Assembly: GCF_006345805.1 (NCBI RefSeq)
Contig: NC_043005.1
Location: 26,102,001-26,166,000, forward strand
Direction of reading: 5' to 3'
Length of the DNA stretch: 64,000 nt
Source: Octopus sinensis
Taxonomy: Eukaryota
Each line of letters starts with the position of its first letter. Position 1 is the stretch's first letter. A model generated the notes under the pieces. It searched no databases. It saw only the letters and a program-made list of their open reading frames with translations, and was not told the DNA's origin. Positions 14,060 to 29,233 of the stretch are shown here, one piece after another. Both the position numbers and the translations under genes were made by a program.

Positions 14060-14207
14060 TACATACACATAAAGTGTATATGTAAATTGCATATGTAAAA
14101 TGTGTACATATATATTCCCACAAAGATAGTTATATGCACGAATATATACATATACACACACATATACAGATTTATATGTATTTATATATGTACATTATGT
14201 ATGTATG

Positions 14208-14281
<74 letters not shown>

Positions 14282-14636
14282 ATCTATATATATATATATA
14301 TGCATATACATTCGTGCATATATGATATAATTATATGCGTACATAAAAAAAATTATATAAATTGAAAAGGTAATTTTTGAAACCCTAACCAAAAGCAAAA
14401 GAACAAAATAATAAAAAATTAAAAAATGTAACTTAATTATTCCTTCACTGAAGCACGACGATAATAACAACAGCAATAGCAACAACAACAGCAGCAACAA
14501 CAGCAACAAAAAAGCAACAGCAATGAGGAAGAACTAGGAAAGAATACAAAAAGACCAAATTTTGTTTTTTCCTTATTTTTCTATTACATTATTGTTAATT
14601 TGTCTCCATTGATTTTCATTCGTTTATTTGTCCGTT

Positions 14637-14649
14637 ATTATTATTATTA

Positions 14650-14706
<57 letters not shown>

Positions 14707-14753
14707 CATTATTATTATTATTATTATTAACATTATCATTATTATTATCATAA

Positions 14754-14787
<34 letters not shown>

Positions 14788-14849
14788 CATCATCATCATC
14801 ATCGTCATCATCATCATTATTATTATCATTATTATTATTATTGTTATTA

Positions 14850-14892
<43 letters not shown>

Positions 14893-14942
14893 CATTATTA
14901 TTATTATTAACATTATCATTATTATTATCATAATCATTATTA

Positions 14943-15027
<85 letters not shown>

Positions 15028-15040
15028 CATTATTCTGTGC
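14637..15040. repeat. (ATT)n/(ATC)n trinucleotide microsatellite
   Basis: Direct reading; source of the poly-Ile ORFs. Confidence 0.95.
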
Positions 15041-15568
15041 TAGTTCTCGATAGCATTAACTTCAGTGGTTCTGATAAGCGTGGCTCATTAGTTTCGTATG
15101 CAAGCTTTTTGCAATGGAATATTACTGACAAGTTATATTGCAAAGTCTTCTCATCACCCACCTCAAAATTCCCGCTGTTTTTTTTACATTTCACAAATTT
15201 TACTTATTTATTTATTTACTTATTTATTTTTATTTAACTATTTATTTGTTTGTTTGTTTTTTGCCTCAAGAATCCTATTTTCTTTTCACTCAAATTTATT
15301 TACATTGTTGTTGGTTTTTTTTTTTTTTTGGCTTTCAACCTCAAAAACGAAACACAATAAGTAAAAGAATACCAACAGAAACAACAACAACAACAACAAC
15401 AACAACAGCTGCATCCACAACAACAATACTGACAGTAAGAACAAGAACAACATTTCGAGTAACAAGAAGGAATAAGATAAATTATCCTCCGGATAATTTC
15501 AGTATAGAGAAACAGTTACGTGAAAATGTCCACGAATCCTTCGTTATCTCAAGCAGTATATAACTTTG

Positions 15569-15615
<47 letters not shown>

Positions 15616-15721
15616 TGGGTGTGTGTGTGTGAGTGTGCGTGTTAGTGTGTGTATGTATACTTCGTTTTTGTATAAGACTCTCCCTTGACTCACCAATATG
15701 TATATATATATATATATATAT

Positions 15722-15990
15722 ATTATATAAAATCCGTTCTGTCTGTCTGTCTGTGTGTCTTCCAGGATCTCAGGTGTCCTCCACCCGATTGCACTCAAAT
15801 ATGATTTGTAGATACCGACGGTATTAGGGCGAGAATAAGTCTTGCAAAAATTACAAAAATCGATTCCAGGTGAGAATACGATCGATAAAGCCGTGGGAAC
15901 GTGCAGTTGTACGCGCAAGTACATCTGCTGTTGCGATTGATACTACGCGTACGCGAGAAAAATGTACGGAAACTGAAACAAGCCCGTCAA
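15722..15990 (+). mobile_element. Possible Helitron/DINE-like non-autonomous element
   Basis: ATTATATAAAATCCGTTCTGTCTGTCTGTCTGTGTGTCT start resembles DINE-1/Helentron-type ends with a (GTCT)n tract. Confidence 0.35.
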
Positions 15991-15992
15991 AT

Positions 15993-16836
<844 letters not shown>

Positions 16837-17189
16837 TACATTAATCCTGGTGTGTTACTGGTTCTTATTTCATTCTATAATAAAGCACTATCCAACATTA
16901 GCGATATTACGCCTAAGAAACCTTTAGAGGTTCCCACTCTGTTGCAGCCATTTGGACCATGTGTTCGGTTTAAGAAAGAATTCTTAACTCCCAACCACCC
17001 TGGCACTAATTTCAAGGGCTCTGTAGAGTCATTAATCGCAACCCTCTTTCCTCACTAAAAAGCAGAAAAAATTTAGTACTCTGCTCTTTTTTTTTTATTA
17101 GAAGCGAAAGAAACACGAATTTTCATCAAAATCTAATCTGCACCTCCACTACATTAGGTCCATTCTGGGCCATATATTTCACAATCATT

Positions 17190-17410
17190 CTTTCTACGTT
17201 AGGCTTAAAGCCACTCAGTTTGAAGTCTGAAGTGAATAGTCAGTTCTGACAACAGTATATAATAAGTACTTAGTTTAACAAGCCTGGAAAGACGAAAGAA
17301 CAAAGCTGAGATTTAAGTGCAAAATGTAACGAGACTTGATTAAATACAAGAATATTCACTGTTTGTTATCGAGGCGGATAGGTGTCTGCCTTAGTAGCAA
17401 AGAACTACCA
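17190..17410 (-). mobile_element. SINE family B, diverged
   Basis: Similar to copies at 50840-51052 and 52392-52790. Confidence 0.55.
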
Positions 17411-18017
17411 AATTACTAATATACAACTCGCAATCTCATATCAGACTATTAATCTCATTCTAAACTATTAATTTCATACTAAAAAAATATATATTGTACA
17501 TTTTATAGTCTTGTTTTGTTTATCTTTTTAGTACAAAACAAAAACAAACACGCATATATGACTGAGTGGTTAAGAGGTAAAGGCAGCCGTCACTCGCAAA
17601 CGAATATGGCTTGGCAATATGTCGGCAATATGTATAATGCTTTCGCTAATTGTTTCAGATGCCTATTTACTCGCAAGCTGACAAAGGTATCCTTACGGTC
17701 CCCACACACCTTCACGCAACGGAGGATGTGACAATAGGAGGGAGAAAGGATTGAAGCAGCACTCCAACCAACTGGATTCATTTAGCTGAGTAAACTGTTG
17801 TACGTGAAATGAAATTCCTTGCTCAAATTAACATCTCGCTTGGTCCAGGAACTGTACCTAACACCCTATAATCAAAAGCCGAACAATCCTAACCACTAGG
17901 CCACTTGGTTTGGGGATTCAATTTATATGAGTAGCATCTTGGTAAAATGTCTTTTATAAAAGCCATGGGTCGTCTAATGCACAGTTTATGCGCCGGAGAC
18001 TCTGAGGAAGCATGTCG

Positions 18018-18063
<46 letters not shown>

Positions 18064-18111
18064 TATATCCGTGTGTGTGTTTGTGTGTGTGTTTGAGTGT
18101 GTATATGTGTG

Positions 18112-18150
<39 letters not shown>

Positions 18151-18744
18151 GTGTGTTGTGTGTGTGAGTGTGTGGTTTCTTATCACTTGTTAATTGATCT
18201 TCAACGGTTCATCACGAAGATTCCGATATATTAAGTACCAGTATTACAAAATTAATCAAAATTCCTGGGGTCGATTTCGTCAGTTAAACATCTCGATGCA
18301 GTACTACTGCATGGTCATGTTCCAATGTGTAAAAGGAAAATAAAATAACTATTTCTACTCTAGGCACAAGGCCCGAAATTTTGGGGAGAGGGATTTGTAC
18401 CCTAAACAGAAATGAATGAGGATTAGGTTGTTGCACTCACGATTGCTAGATCGCTTGATCGCGATTACAATTCCAAGACTGGATTCTGCGTTGTGTTCTT
18501 GAACAAAACTCTTCATCTCACGTTATTCTACGATCACCTCGACACCTGACGCTCAACGCAATGTGCCGCTTTGATGCGGGCGTAATTAATGTGCGGCACA
18601 AACATTTGATCATTACAAACAAATCATTGTGCAGCTCGATCGGCAAAAAGCTGAACAATCGTGCTTTGTCTTCGATGGGAGAGTCCATTAAATGTGTATG
18701 CGCGTGTGTGTGTATGTATGTAACTCTTTATCTATGTAGGTATA

Positions 18745-19038
18745 GGAGCACTCCGTCCCAGCTGATACGATCAACGGAACAGCTTGCTCGTGGAATTAAC
18801 GTGTACCCTTAACGTAGTTCTCGAGGAGATTCAGCGTGACACAAAGTGTGACAAGTCTGGCCCTTTGAAATACAGGTACAACAGAAACAGGAAGAAAGAG
18901 TGAGAAAAAGTTGTGGTGAAAGGGTACAGCAGGGTTCACCACCACCAGGAGCCTTGTGAAGCTTTAGGTGTTTTCGCTCAATAAACACTCACAATGCCCG
19001 GTCTGGGAATCGAAACCACTGGGCCATTGCGCCTCCAC
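18745..19038 (-). mobile_element. SINE family C with internal deletions
   Basis: Head GTGGAGGCGCAATGGCCCAGTGG and body shared with 39752-40132. Confidence 0.75.
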
Positions 19039-19684
19039 TTTATCTATGTACCTGTCTATTTATATATGTGTATGCATGCGCGAGGATGTGAATTAATGTT
19101 TGAGTTAGAAGCAGCTCTGTAATAATGTAAACATTATTGATGCACTATACGTTATGTACGTGTTTTGCTTAAATGCTTGCAGGCTATGGTATTTCGTCCA
19201 GGGATAATCCCTTTAAGACGTACAGTGTTAAAAGAAAAAGAAAAGCACTACATACAGCAAAACAAAGCAAACGAATTTCCCCGTAGGGAAAACCAATACG
19301 ATAGATATCGATATTTCGCTGTTGTTTCAGCTCACTAGTCCCATCCTCGAAACGAATTCAAGTCGCTGGTCTGAGATTTACGCTGATAGTTTAAAATCTA
19401 TTTACTGATGTGAAATAGGGCCGCACAAGTAAAATAAAATATTTTTATAAAAATCAATGATGTCACATACTTTATGCGTGTGTTTTGAAATACCACAGCC
19501 TGTGAGCGTTTAAATAAAGCATATTTAGTATACGATAGCAATTATATGTACTTCATTAGAGCTGCTTCTAACAGAACATTTAATTTTATTTAATATGTGC
19601 GGTGACCACCAGCAGATACATTTTACGTTGTTTGAATATATCTCAGGTGAGCGATTTTGATACATTCGAGGATAACTCGAGCAT

Positions 19685-19719
19685 ACGACACTGATGAGGT
19701 GAAATATCGAATTTGTCGT
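19685..19719 (+). ncRNA. Minimal type I hammerhead-like motif (3-nt stem II remnant)
   Basis: ACGACA-CTGATGA-GGT-GAAA-TATCGAA-T-T-TGTCGT: perfect 6-bp stem I, canonical core, near-palindromic stem III. Confidence 0.5.
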
Positions 19720-20104
19720 CCATGTTCGCCTTTGGAGAGATTCATTTAGTCTTTTTATACAGTGTTTTTAATATACAACGTCTTAAAGAGACTTATGCCT
19801 AGACGAAATACCGCAACCTGAAAGTGTTTAAGCAAAACACATACATTAAGTATGTGACATCAATAAAACATATACATACACTTCATTATTAAAGCTCCAT
19901 TGAAGTTAGAAGGTGTTACTCAGGCACTCTGCTAAATGGCGTTTAGGTGCTGTGCAGGATATTCTCTGCAGGAATTTTGCCGTAAATATTGCGCTAGAAT
20001 CATTGTCAATGTATAAGGATCACTTATGGACTTAATTGTTTAAGGAGAGAATAAGCAATATAAATACTATTATACATATATATATATATATATATATATA
20101 GTTA

Positions 20105-20300
20105 ATCCAAACAAGAAAACACAAAAAAACACAAAAACGCGAGGACGTGGAACAAATAAAGTATTATTGGACGCTCAAGAAAGAAGGGAAGGAGGGTTTA
20201 ACGTTTCGAGCGGAGCTCTTCGTCGGAAACAAGGAAAAGAAATCTCCCGAGAAGGGAAGACAGAGGGAAAAAAATTGCTGGCGGTGCTCACGAGGTCCAT
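20105..20300 (-). mobile_element. Penelope-like terminal repeat with minimal HHR variant (20196-20230); second copy ~20605-20730
   Basis: Minus strand GTTT-CCGACGA-A-GAGC(TCC)GCTC-GAAA-CG-T-T-AAAC; duplicated ~500 bp downstream. Confidence 0.6.
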
Positions 20301-20312
20301 GTTGAAAAACAC

Positions 20313-20389
<77 letters not shown>

Positions 20390-20569
20390 ATATACATATA
20401 TAACAAAGCGCAATAAGATATTCGTTAAGGACCGAGAAATTTTTGAATTTTACCAAAATAAATCAGGCATGGATTCCAAGTGAGGGCTTCTTGAAATTAA
20501 AGATGTTTACAAGAAAGGTTAGTAAATATTTACAAACTGAAGATTCCTGATTTTATTTATAGAAGATTA

Positions 20570-20606
<37 letters not shown>

Positions 20607-21202
20607 AAAACAAGAAAACACACAAAAAACACAGCAACGCGAGGACGTGGAACAAATAAAGTATTACTGGACGCTCAGGAAAGAAGGGAAGAAGAAGGGT
20701 TTAACGTTTCGAGCGGAGCTCTTCGTCGGAATATATATATTTATATATATAGGGGAAAAGTAAAAAGAAAGCAAAAAAATGCATATTAGATATAAAAAAT
20801 AAAGGCTTTTTAAAGACAAAGCAAAGATATATACATACAATTAGATGATGCTCCCCCACTACTTCTCATTCTCAGAGATGCACGTATCATCAGCCACTAA
20901 CGGACATGCTCAACATGCTAAACAGTAAAAGTGAGGTAGAACGCTAAAACTTAGTGCACATGCACAGCAGAGTTTAATATGAATCTGTGCCAACCGGCTT
21001 AACTCTGCATACTTTAGCTTCGTTACTATGGCAACAGTCCGGATACTTACTGATCAGACCACGTACGTATGTGTTTGTGTGTGTATTTATAGGTCTGTCT
21101 GTATGTGTGTATTTATAGGTGTGTGTGTGTTCTTTAATGTAATTATCATTATCATTTTCATTGCTATTATCAACTTTCCTACCGCCATCATTTTTATCAT
21201 TA

Positions 21203-21568
21203 ACTAGCAGTATCGCCCGGCGTTGCTCGGGTTTGTAAGGGAAATAACTATATAAGCATTATTAGAGAGTTATAGCCAAAAATAGCAAAAAAATGCATTA
21301 AAAATGGGAAAAAAATTATATGGTAATTTTTTTTAAATCGTTGACTCATTGTAGCCATTTTTAGAGAGTTACTTCCCTTATATTAAAAAAATATGCATAA
21401 AATGGAAAAAAATGATGGTAAATTATTTTTTAAATCGTAGACTCGATATGAATCACGACCATAAGATACCCGGTTTTGGTTAAACTGCACCGCAAAATGT
21501 TGGAGTAGTTAGGAATCTAAATCGAAGGGGACAGACACTCACATAACTACAGTTTTTTATATAAAGAT
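21203..21568 (+). mobile_element. Helentron-associated (HINE-like) element; further copies 29232-29627 and truncated 39102-39160
   Basis: Identical start ACTAGCAGTATCGCCCGGCGTTGCTCGGGTTTG in three places; end GACAGACAC...TTTTATAT(A)TAAAGAT in the two longer copies. Confidence 0.65.
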
Positions 21569-21589
21569 ATTATTGCTCGTAATTAAGAC

Positions 21590-21945
21590 GGTGGGCTGGC
21601 TGTGATGCTAGTACGCTGGGGAAAATACTTAGTGACATTTTGTTAACCTTCACGTTCTAAGTTCAAATTTCACTGAGGTCGACTTTTTCGAGGTCGATAA
21701 AATAAGTACCAAAATCGCTGTCCTTGTATCAACATATGAAATCAATATTACCGTTACTAATTATGGCGTTGAGCTGCCAGAGTCGTTCGCTCGCTTACAT
21801 TTCTGAGTTCAAATTCTATCGATGTTGACTTCGCGCTTTATCCTTTTGATTTCGGTGAAATAAGGACCAATTGGACACTGGAATCATTGTAATCGACTTC
21901 TCCCTTCCCCAGAGCAACTGGCCTTGTGCCAGTATTTGAAATATA
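21590..21945 (+). mobile_element. Two adjacent diverged SINE family B copies
   Basis: TTCAAATT...GAGGTCGACTTT...TAAGTACC motif, the second copy more diverged. Confidence 0.55.
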
Positions 21946-22136
21946 TACTACTATTTGTAGAAATCATAGACATTTCTGTTCTTGGTACAAAAGAAATTAG
22001 GTCTTAACAATCAGAATATAGATAATTCTTTCGACCCATATTTCTCAAACTAAGCAAAGCCACCATTCTTATTTTCGTATTTTGATTCTGTATCTTCTAT
22101 TTTGTAATCCTATTAAGCCTGTAACATTCAATTTTT

Positions 22137-22168
<32 letters not shown>

Positions 22169-22517
22169 TTTTCATTTTCTTATTTATTGATGCACATCAA
22201 TATAATATTACTTAAGATTTACAACGCAGCGAATACGTTAAGAATTAGTTTATTTGATGGGGATTTTCATACACACACACACAAACACGCATACAAACAC
22301 ACGCGCGCGCATACACACACACACACACACACACATACATTTGTGTGTATGTGTGTGTGTGAGTGTAAATATATATACATGTATATACATATACATATAT
22401 GCATGCATTCATACATACACTATATGAATATATACATACATATAGATAGGTATAGAGTGAGAGAGCGGAAAGACAGAGAAGGAGAGAGATAGATGTGTGC
22501 ATGTGCTGATTATATAC

Positions 22518-22572
<55 letters not shown>

Positions 22573-22912
22573 TGTGTGTCTGTGTGTCTGTGTGTGTGTA
22601 TACACACACAAACATTCACAAACACACACACACACACACACGCATATATATACATACGTACATATATATGTATGAATCTTTTCGAACTATTACTTACATA
22701 CATACATTGTTTGCATGTATTATTCTAATACATACATGCATAATACACTCACACACCTATATATATATATGTATATATATATATACTTACACACACACAT
22801 ACATATATATGTATATAAATATATTTATATATTTACATATATATGTGTTTATAGATATATATATATATGCATATAAATATATATATATGTATATATATAT
22901 ATATGCATATAC

Positions 22913-23002
<90 letters not shown>

Positions 23003-23007
<5 letters not shown>

Positions 23008-23178
23008 ATATTATTAGAGACAAAACCACTATTTTGCAAAACAAACAAGGAAAGACTTAATCAATACATAAAATTTTAATAATTTTAATTTTGACTATTT
23101 ATTAAAATTTTATGTATTGATTAAGTCTTTCCTTGTTTGTTTTGCAAAATAGTGGTTTTGTCTCTAATAATATTTATA
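23003..23178. repeat. Perfect inverted repeat, 80-bp arms, 16-nt spacer
   Basis: 23003-23082 is the reverse complement of 23099-23178. Confidence 0.9.
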
Positions 23179-23634
23179 ATATTTTACTATAAAATTGGAT
23201 TTAATCCTAAAATCTGATTTTTTCCCTGTAAATTTGGATTTATTCCCTAATATTTATATTAATATATATACATATATATATATATAGCATATATGCATAC
23301 ATACATGTATCTATAATATATAACATTTGATAATCAAACTTTCCACACTAATAACACTGCAACATGCTTAAATGATAACCTACGCCCTCTCAATATAAAC
23401 AGGTGAACATCCATAAATAATACGAACAGGGAAACATGGAAACTAACTAAACATTACCACCTACTTACGATCTTTTGTGTGACCCTATGACCGGAAGCTG
23501 ACACACCTAAACAGTCATGCCTAATTACAGAGCTCTACATGCATGAATGAATTCTAACAATTAGTAATTCCACAAATTTAATCAATAAAATTTCTCCATA
23601 CAATCTTTCCTCTACAACCTATGAAACCTACTCA

Positions 23635-23843
23635 CGAGGGGGTGCTGAAATCTTTCTGGCAAAAGAAAATACAGAAGTCTCAGTTAATTATAATTTTATT
23701 CAACAGATTCTCCTCTCGGATCCATACTTTTATTGCAACGGTCCTTCAGTCTTTCTAACACTTGTAAAGGAACTGGGAAGGATGGGCCTCCAGCCATGCC
23801 TTTTGCGACACCCTTAAAACCAGGAACTTTTCAGCACCCCTCA
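23635..23843. mobile_element. mariner-derived MITE (~210 bp)
   Basis: TIRs CGAGGGGGTGCTGAAATCTTTCTGG / CCAGGAACTTTTCAGCACCCCTCA. Confidence 0.65.
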
Positions 23844-24084
23844 AATATATATAACAGGATAGTTTGATTAAACTGAATCTCGGGAGAAATTTCATCAGTG
23901 TCAAGTTAAATAAATATAATCATTCATATAACTCTAGGTTGTGAGTTTGAGAAACGCGCTTAACAAACACGTTTCCGACTCGGTTATACAGCGCGGTACA
24001 GAGGACAAATGTCTTATTCTGTAGTCCCAGGCCGACCGATTAATTCCTTTAGTGGATTTGGTTGACAGGAATCTTTGTGGGGAC

Positions 24085-24172
<88 letters not shown>

Positions 24173-24221
24173 ATGTATGATAGATAGATAGATAGAAAGA
24201 TAGATAGATAGATAGATAGAT

Positions 24222-24278
<57 letters not shown>

Positions 24279-24478
24279 TGATGGCTGACTGGATGGATGG
24301 ATGGATAGATAGATTGGTAGACAGATAGATATGTATGTATATTTGTGTGCGTACGGTATGTGTGTGTTTGCGCGGGGTGTGTGTATGCGGTGCGTGTGTG
24401 CGGTGTATGTGTCCGGTGTGTGTGTGGTGCATATACACACACGCACATATACACACACATACACACACACACACAAAT

Positions 24479-24556
<78 letters not shown>

Positions 24557-24872
24557 GTGTGTATTTTTCCCTTATTAACAATTAACACAAAAAAATAGAT
24601 AGTTACTAGGGTAGCAAAAAATCATACAAGTAAAAACTCCTTGTAACTCCTTGTTTTATTCTTTTGGAATTATACTAATGATATCTTCGAAACATGTGTC
24701 GGAAGTAAAATAATCTGAATAAGACCTGTGTTTAACTCCATTTATATATATATATTTATATATATACCAGAGTAAGCAGATAAATGTGGAACAAGGTGGG
24801 AAAAAATAGTACTCGAATACCAGAGGTAGCGTAATATGCTTTATTAATAAAGCTGCTAAGTCGTCACAAAAG

Positions 24873-24910
24873 CTGTTACTCGGAGTTTCATGTTCTTGTT
24901 TGTCGGACAG
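24873..24910 (-). ncRNA. Degenerate minimal HHR-like motif in a Penelope-like repeat (related sequence at 1830-1930)
   Basis: CTGT-CCGACAA-ACAAGAACAT-GAAA-CTCCGAG-T-A-ACAG; core and stem II degenerate. Confidence 0.35.
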
Positions 24911-25202
24911 TTTTTTCTCAACCAAAACTGTAACTGTTTTTATAAAGTCTTTGCAGCCTTATTAATAAAGCATATATATATATATAAGAAATTAAAAAAC
25001 AACATGGACCAAATTTCTTCTTAAGAAAAAATATATATCCAAATAAGTAAAACATAATATCATAAATAGCGATAGCGAAACCGGTCGATATATTAAAAAT
25101 TATATTAAAACTATGTAAGTGTGCGTATTTTCCTTTTTTTAATTTCTTATATACATTACAACTCACCACGTGGGGATAATCGAAATTCTTCTTTTCTGTT
25201 AC

Positions 25203-25248
<46 letters not shown>

Positions 25249-26669
25249 ATATATATATATTATATAATATATAATAATATATATATATATGTATATATAT
25301 GTGTGTGTTGTGTATTTCTCTGAGAGTTAGAGTTTGGTAAACCAACTAAGGGATTGAGCTTATCCATATCTGCTGGTAGTGTAACCAATTATTCATACGC
25401 AAGTGCTGGTTATTAGGTGGCAATCTCGCATTTGAGCGTTATATATGAGCGAGGATATAAAATTGGTTTACCCCTAATTCATACGGCAAATAAGAAAATG
25501 GAGGGGATACAAAACGACATACATCACCTTGAAGACATTCCAGTGTGTCTATTTATAACTAAGCATTAGAAAGTATTAGAAGAAAACATACACATGTAGT
25601 AACTATGTGTTACACACACGTGTCAACGTTACAGTAAAGAGCAAGAGATCAGTTCCTTGCGGCCGTTTCTGCTAAGAAGCAACGAGATCCTCCATGCCAT
25701 TTCCATCTCTTCAGTGTTATGTAGGGATGGGCAGATACAGTTTGGATGATGGGTGTCTCTAGGCTTCTTCAGAGGGTCTAAGTAGTCAGGAGGGCTAATA
25801 CATATAATAAACAGGTAACAATAGGTACGGTGTTTTGTCAAAATTGAAAAGGGCAGAAAAAGAATAGAAGCAATCATGAGGCAGTGAGAGAAATACAATT
25901 CGGCATAGGAAGGGGAAATAAGCTACAAACTTCCTGTTATGTAATCCAAATGGATAGAGGGAGAGAGAGATGTAGAGGGGGCGAGATGGGTTGATGGGTC
26001 CGTTCGAGGGATACATAGATATAACTCGTTAAAATAAACAAATCAGCAAGGTTTCATAGTATTCGTCGCATAATTGTAACCTGGTTCCTTGAAAGTTTAT
26101 CAATGAGATTATGAACTCTGAATTACAAACTGTGGAAATGTGTTCGTAACTAGGACGCAGATGTGCGACAAAAATATTGACATTTCATGGAATAACTTTA
26201 AATTTTTAAGTGAATTTAACAAGCTTTGTATTATGAAATGATTAGAATTGCTATGGGCATATGGTTATATATATATATATACACGCACACAAACATATAC
26301 ATACATATATACATACATACATACATACATACATACATGCATACATACATATATACATACATGCATACATGCATACATACATATATACATACATACAAAC
26401 ACACATATATATATACACATGCATATGAACCTGTGTATACATATATACACATAATATATGTATATGTATATATGCACATATATGCATGCATACATACATG
26501 CATACATAAGCACACACATGTATATATTTATACATACACACACATATATATACATATGCATGTATGTATGTTAATATATACATATGTTTGTATGTGTGTG
26601 TACACATATACATGCACCGCATATTCATATACACATGCATATAAGCGTGTGTATACATATATTCACATA

Positions 26670-26700
<31 letters not shown>

Positions 26701-26747
26701 CTATAGATATATATAGATATTATATATATATAATATATAGTATATTA

Positions 26748-26794
<47 letters not shown>

Positions 26795-26871
26795 TATATA
26801 TATACATGTATATATGAATGCATACATACAAAATATATATATATGTATGCATGCATACATACATGTGTGTG

Positions 26872-26914
<43 letters not shown>

Positions 26915-28001
26915 TACATGCATACATGTATATACATACATACATACACACACACATACATGTGTATATGTATGCATATTTTTATACAGGGAGAGCATGT
27001 ATGTAAAAAAAAATTACGCGTGACAGATTGATAAAGCAAAAGATAATGTAGAAAGAGTTTGAGAGTGAGGGTGATAGGGAAGGAGGGAGAGATAGAATTG
27101 GGGATACGCAAAGACTTCGTTTTCAATTTGATAATTCTGTGACTATATTACCGCTACTTAGCATTGCCATGACAACGCATCGCCTTCCTCTACTCTCCTT
27201 ACGGTACTCTTCCCTTCTTCCTTATCTTCTTTACTAGCACGTGCTTCTATCTTTCTGTCTCTCCCTCTGTCTCTCCCTCTGTCTCTCTCTCTCTCTCTCT
27301 CCCAACCCATTTCTCTCCACTGTCTCCACATGTCCACCTGACTCTATCTTCACTCTTTCTCTCTCTTTCTCATCTTCTCTCCTTCTCTCTCTCTCTTTGA
27401 ATTAAATTCCTTTTCTTTCCTCTCTCTCTACACTCAACCTCTCTCTCACTTACGCCTTCTCTGTTTCTCTTATTAACCACGTCTCTGGCTCTCCCCTCTC
27501 TTTCACACACCCCTCCCCCTCTGTTTCTTTGTCTTTTTCCTTGTGTCTCTCTTATCTCTTTCTGTTTCTCTCTCTACCTTTATCTTTCTTTCTCTCCCCT
27601 CTCTCTCTCTCTCTCGCTCTCGCTCTCTCTTACACACAGTCCACATACACCACGTACACTCTCCCTCCCCCCACCGAACCACTAATCCTTCATTTCCGCT
27701 CCTCTTCCCTCTCTTATTTCACGCAACTTATTGAACCACCTCTAGTTCCCCCTCCTCCAGCCGCTACTCTCTCGTCTCACCATACGTTCGTTTCTCCTCC
27801 CCTTCCTCTTACACCTATGCAATCGCTTCACGACACCTCCCCCACGCCGTAATTTGACAAGTCAAACTAAAACCGTGTCTTCTTTTATCGTTACACATCA
27901 CCATCATCACCACCACCACCACCACCACCACCATCATCATCATCATCGCCATTATCATCATCATCATCATCGCCATCATCATCATCATCATCATCGTCAT
28001 G

Positions 28002-28040
<39 letters not shown>

Positions 28041-28050
28041 GTCGTCGTCG

Positions 28051-28089
<39 letters not shown>

Positions 28090-28416
28090 CCATCGTCGTC
28101 ATCGTCGTTGTAGTCGAGCAGTCGCCGCTTCCGCCACCGTTGTCATAATACCAATCACAACTAGCACGGCGAACAATGACACACCACCACCACCACCACC
28201 ACCACCACCACCACCATCATCATCACCACCAAATAACCGCCATCATTATAACGATTTCAAATGACGACATCAAAACGACGAACAGCGGCGACAACGTTGC
28301 TAAAAATATTGTTGCTATTGTTCGACTCCAACATCGACGACAACAACAACAACAACAACAACAGCAACAACAACAACAGCGACAGCAACAGCAATAACTG
28401 AAACTGCAACAGCTAA

Positions 28417-28449
<33 letters not shown>

Positions 28450-28643
28450 CCAAAGCAGCCAAACACGCGCTACGTCATATATTACCAACATCGCATACAA
28501 ATACAACACATACAAAACTTTTGCATAAATTGTGGAATATGAGAATTATATGATGTGACTCTCATATGACACTTGTCAGTTTTCGTATATGAATACAGAT
28601 ATATCTATGTAAACTTATATATGTATGTGTGTGTGTGTATATA

Positions 28644-28693
<50 letters not shown>

Positions 28694-28896
28694 TGATATG
28701 TGTATGTATGTATGTATGTATGTATATGTTGAAATTTTCAGAAAATCAGAAGACGAAGACAGGTGTATAAACAACGAGCAGGTGTGTTAGTTCAACGCTC
28801 GGGAAGGTGAGAAAGTGTTTTACGTTTCGAGCCTACATTCTTCAATAGAAAGGAACACAGTTAAATAAACATAGAGACAATGAAAACAAATATGTG

Positions 28897-28938
<42 letters not shown>

Positions 28939-29189
28939 CAAGAGTGACAGAGCAAGGCAGAAACAAGGAAAATGCCACTTATATTTGAACACTATACAAA
29001 TATTCCTTTAAAAAAACATTTCTTTTAATTTTTCTAAATTTAATTATTTAATCGTTACAGTTGAAAAGGTCTCAAAATGACTGAAACCGGTACTGAAATG
29101 TTCTTTATAAAATTATTTTAGCACTTTCTATTTTGACTTATTTTTTCATATATATCAACTCGTATGTTCCTTTTCATCCTTATACATAC

Positions 29190-29233
<44 letters not shown>

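Noticed and set aside
18420-18690. Possible transposase N-terminus on the minus strand
   Set aside because: Only vague similarity across several frameshifts; no TIR found.
19793-19850. Second HHR-like arrangement (CTAGACGA...GAAAGTGTTT...AAACAC)
   Set aside because: Core interrupted and stem II unpaired; too many allowances needed.
20860-20900. CTGATGA on the minus strand
   Set aside because: No GAAA and no complementary stem I.
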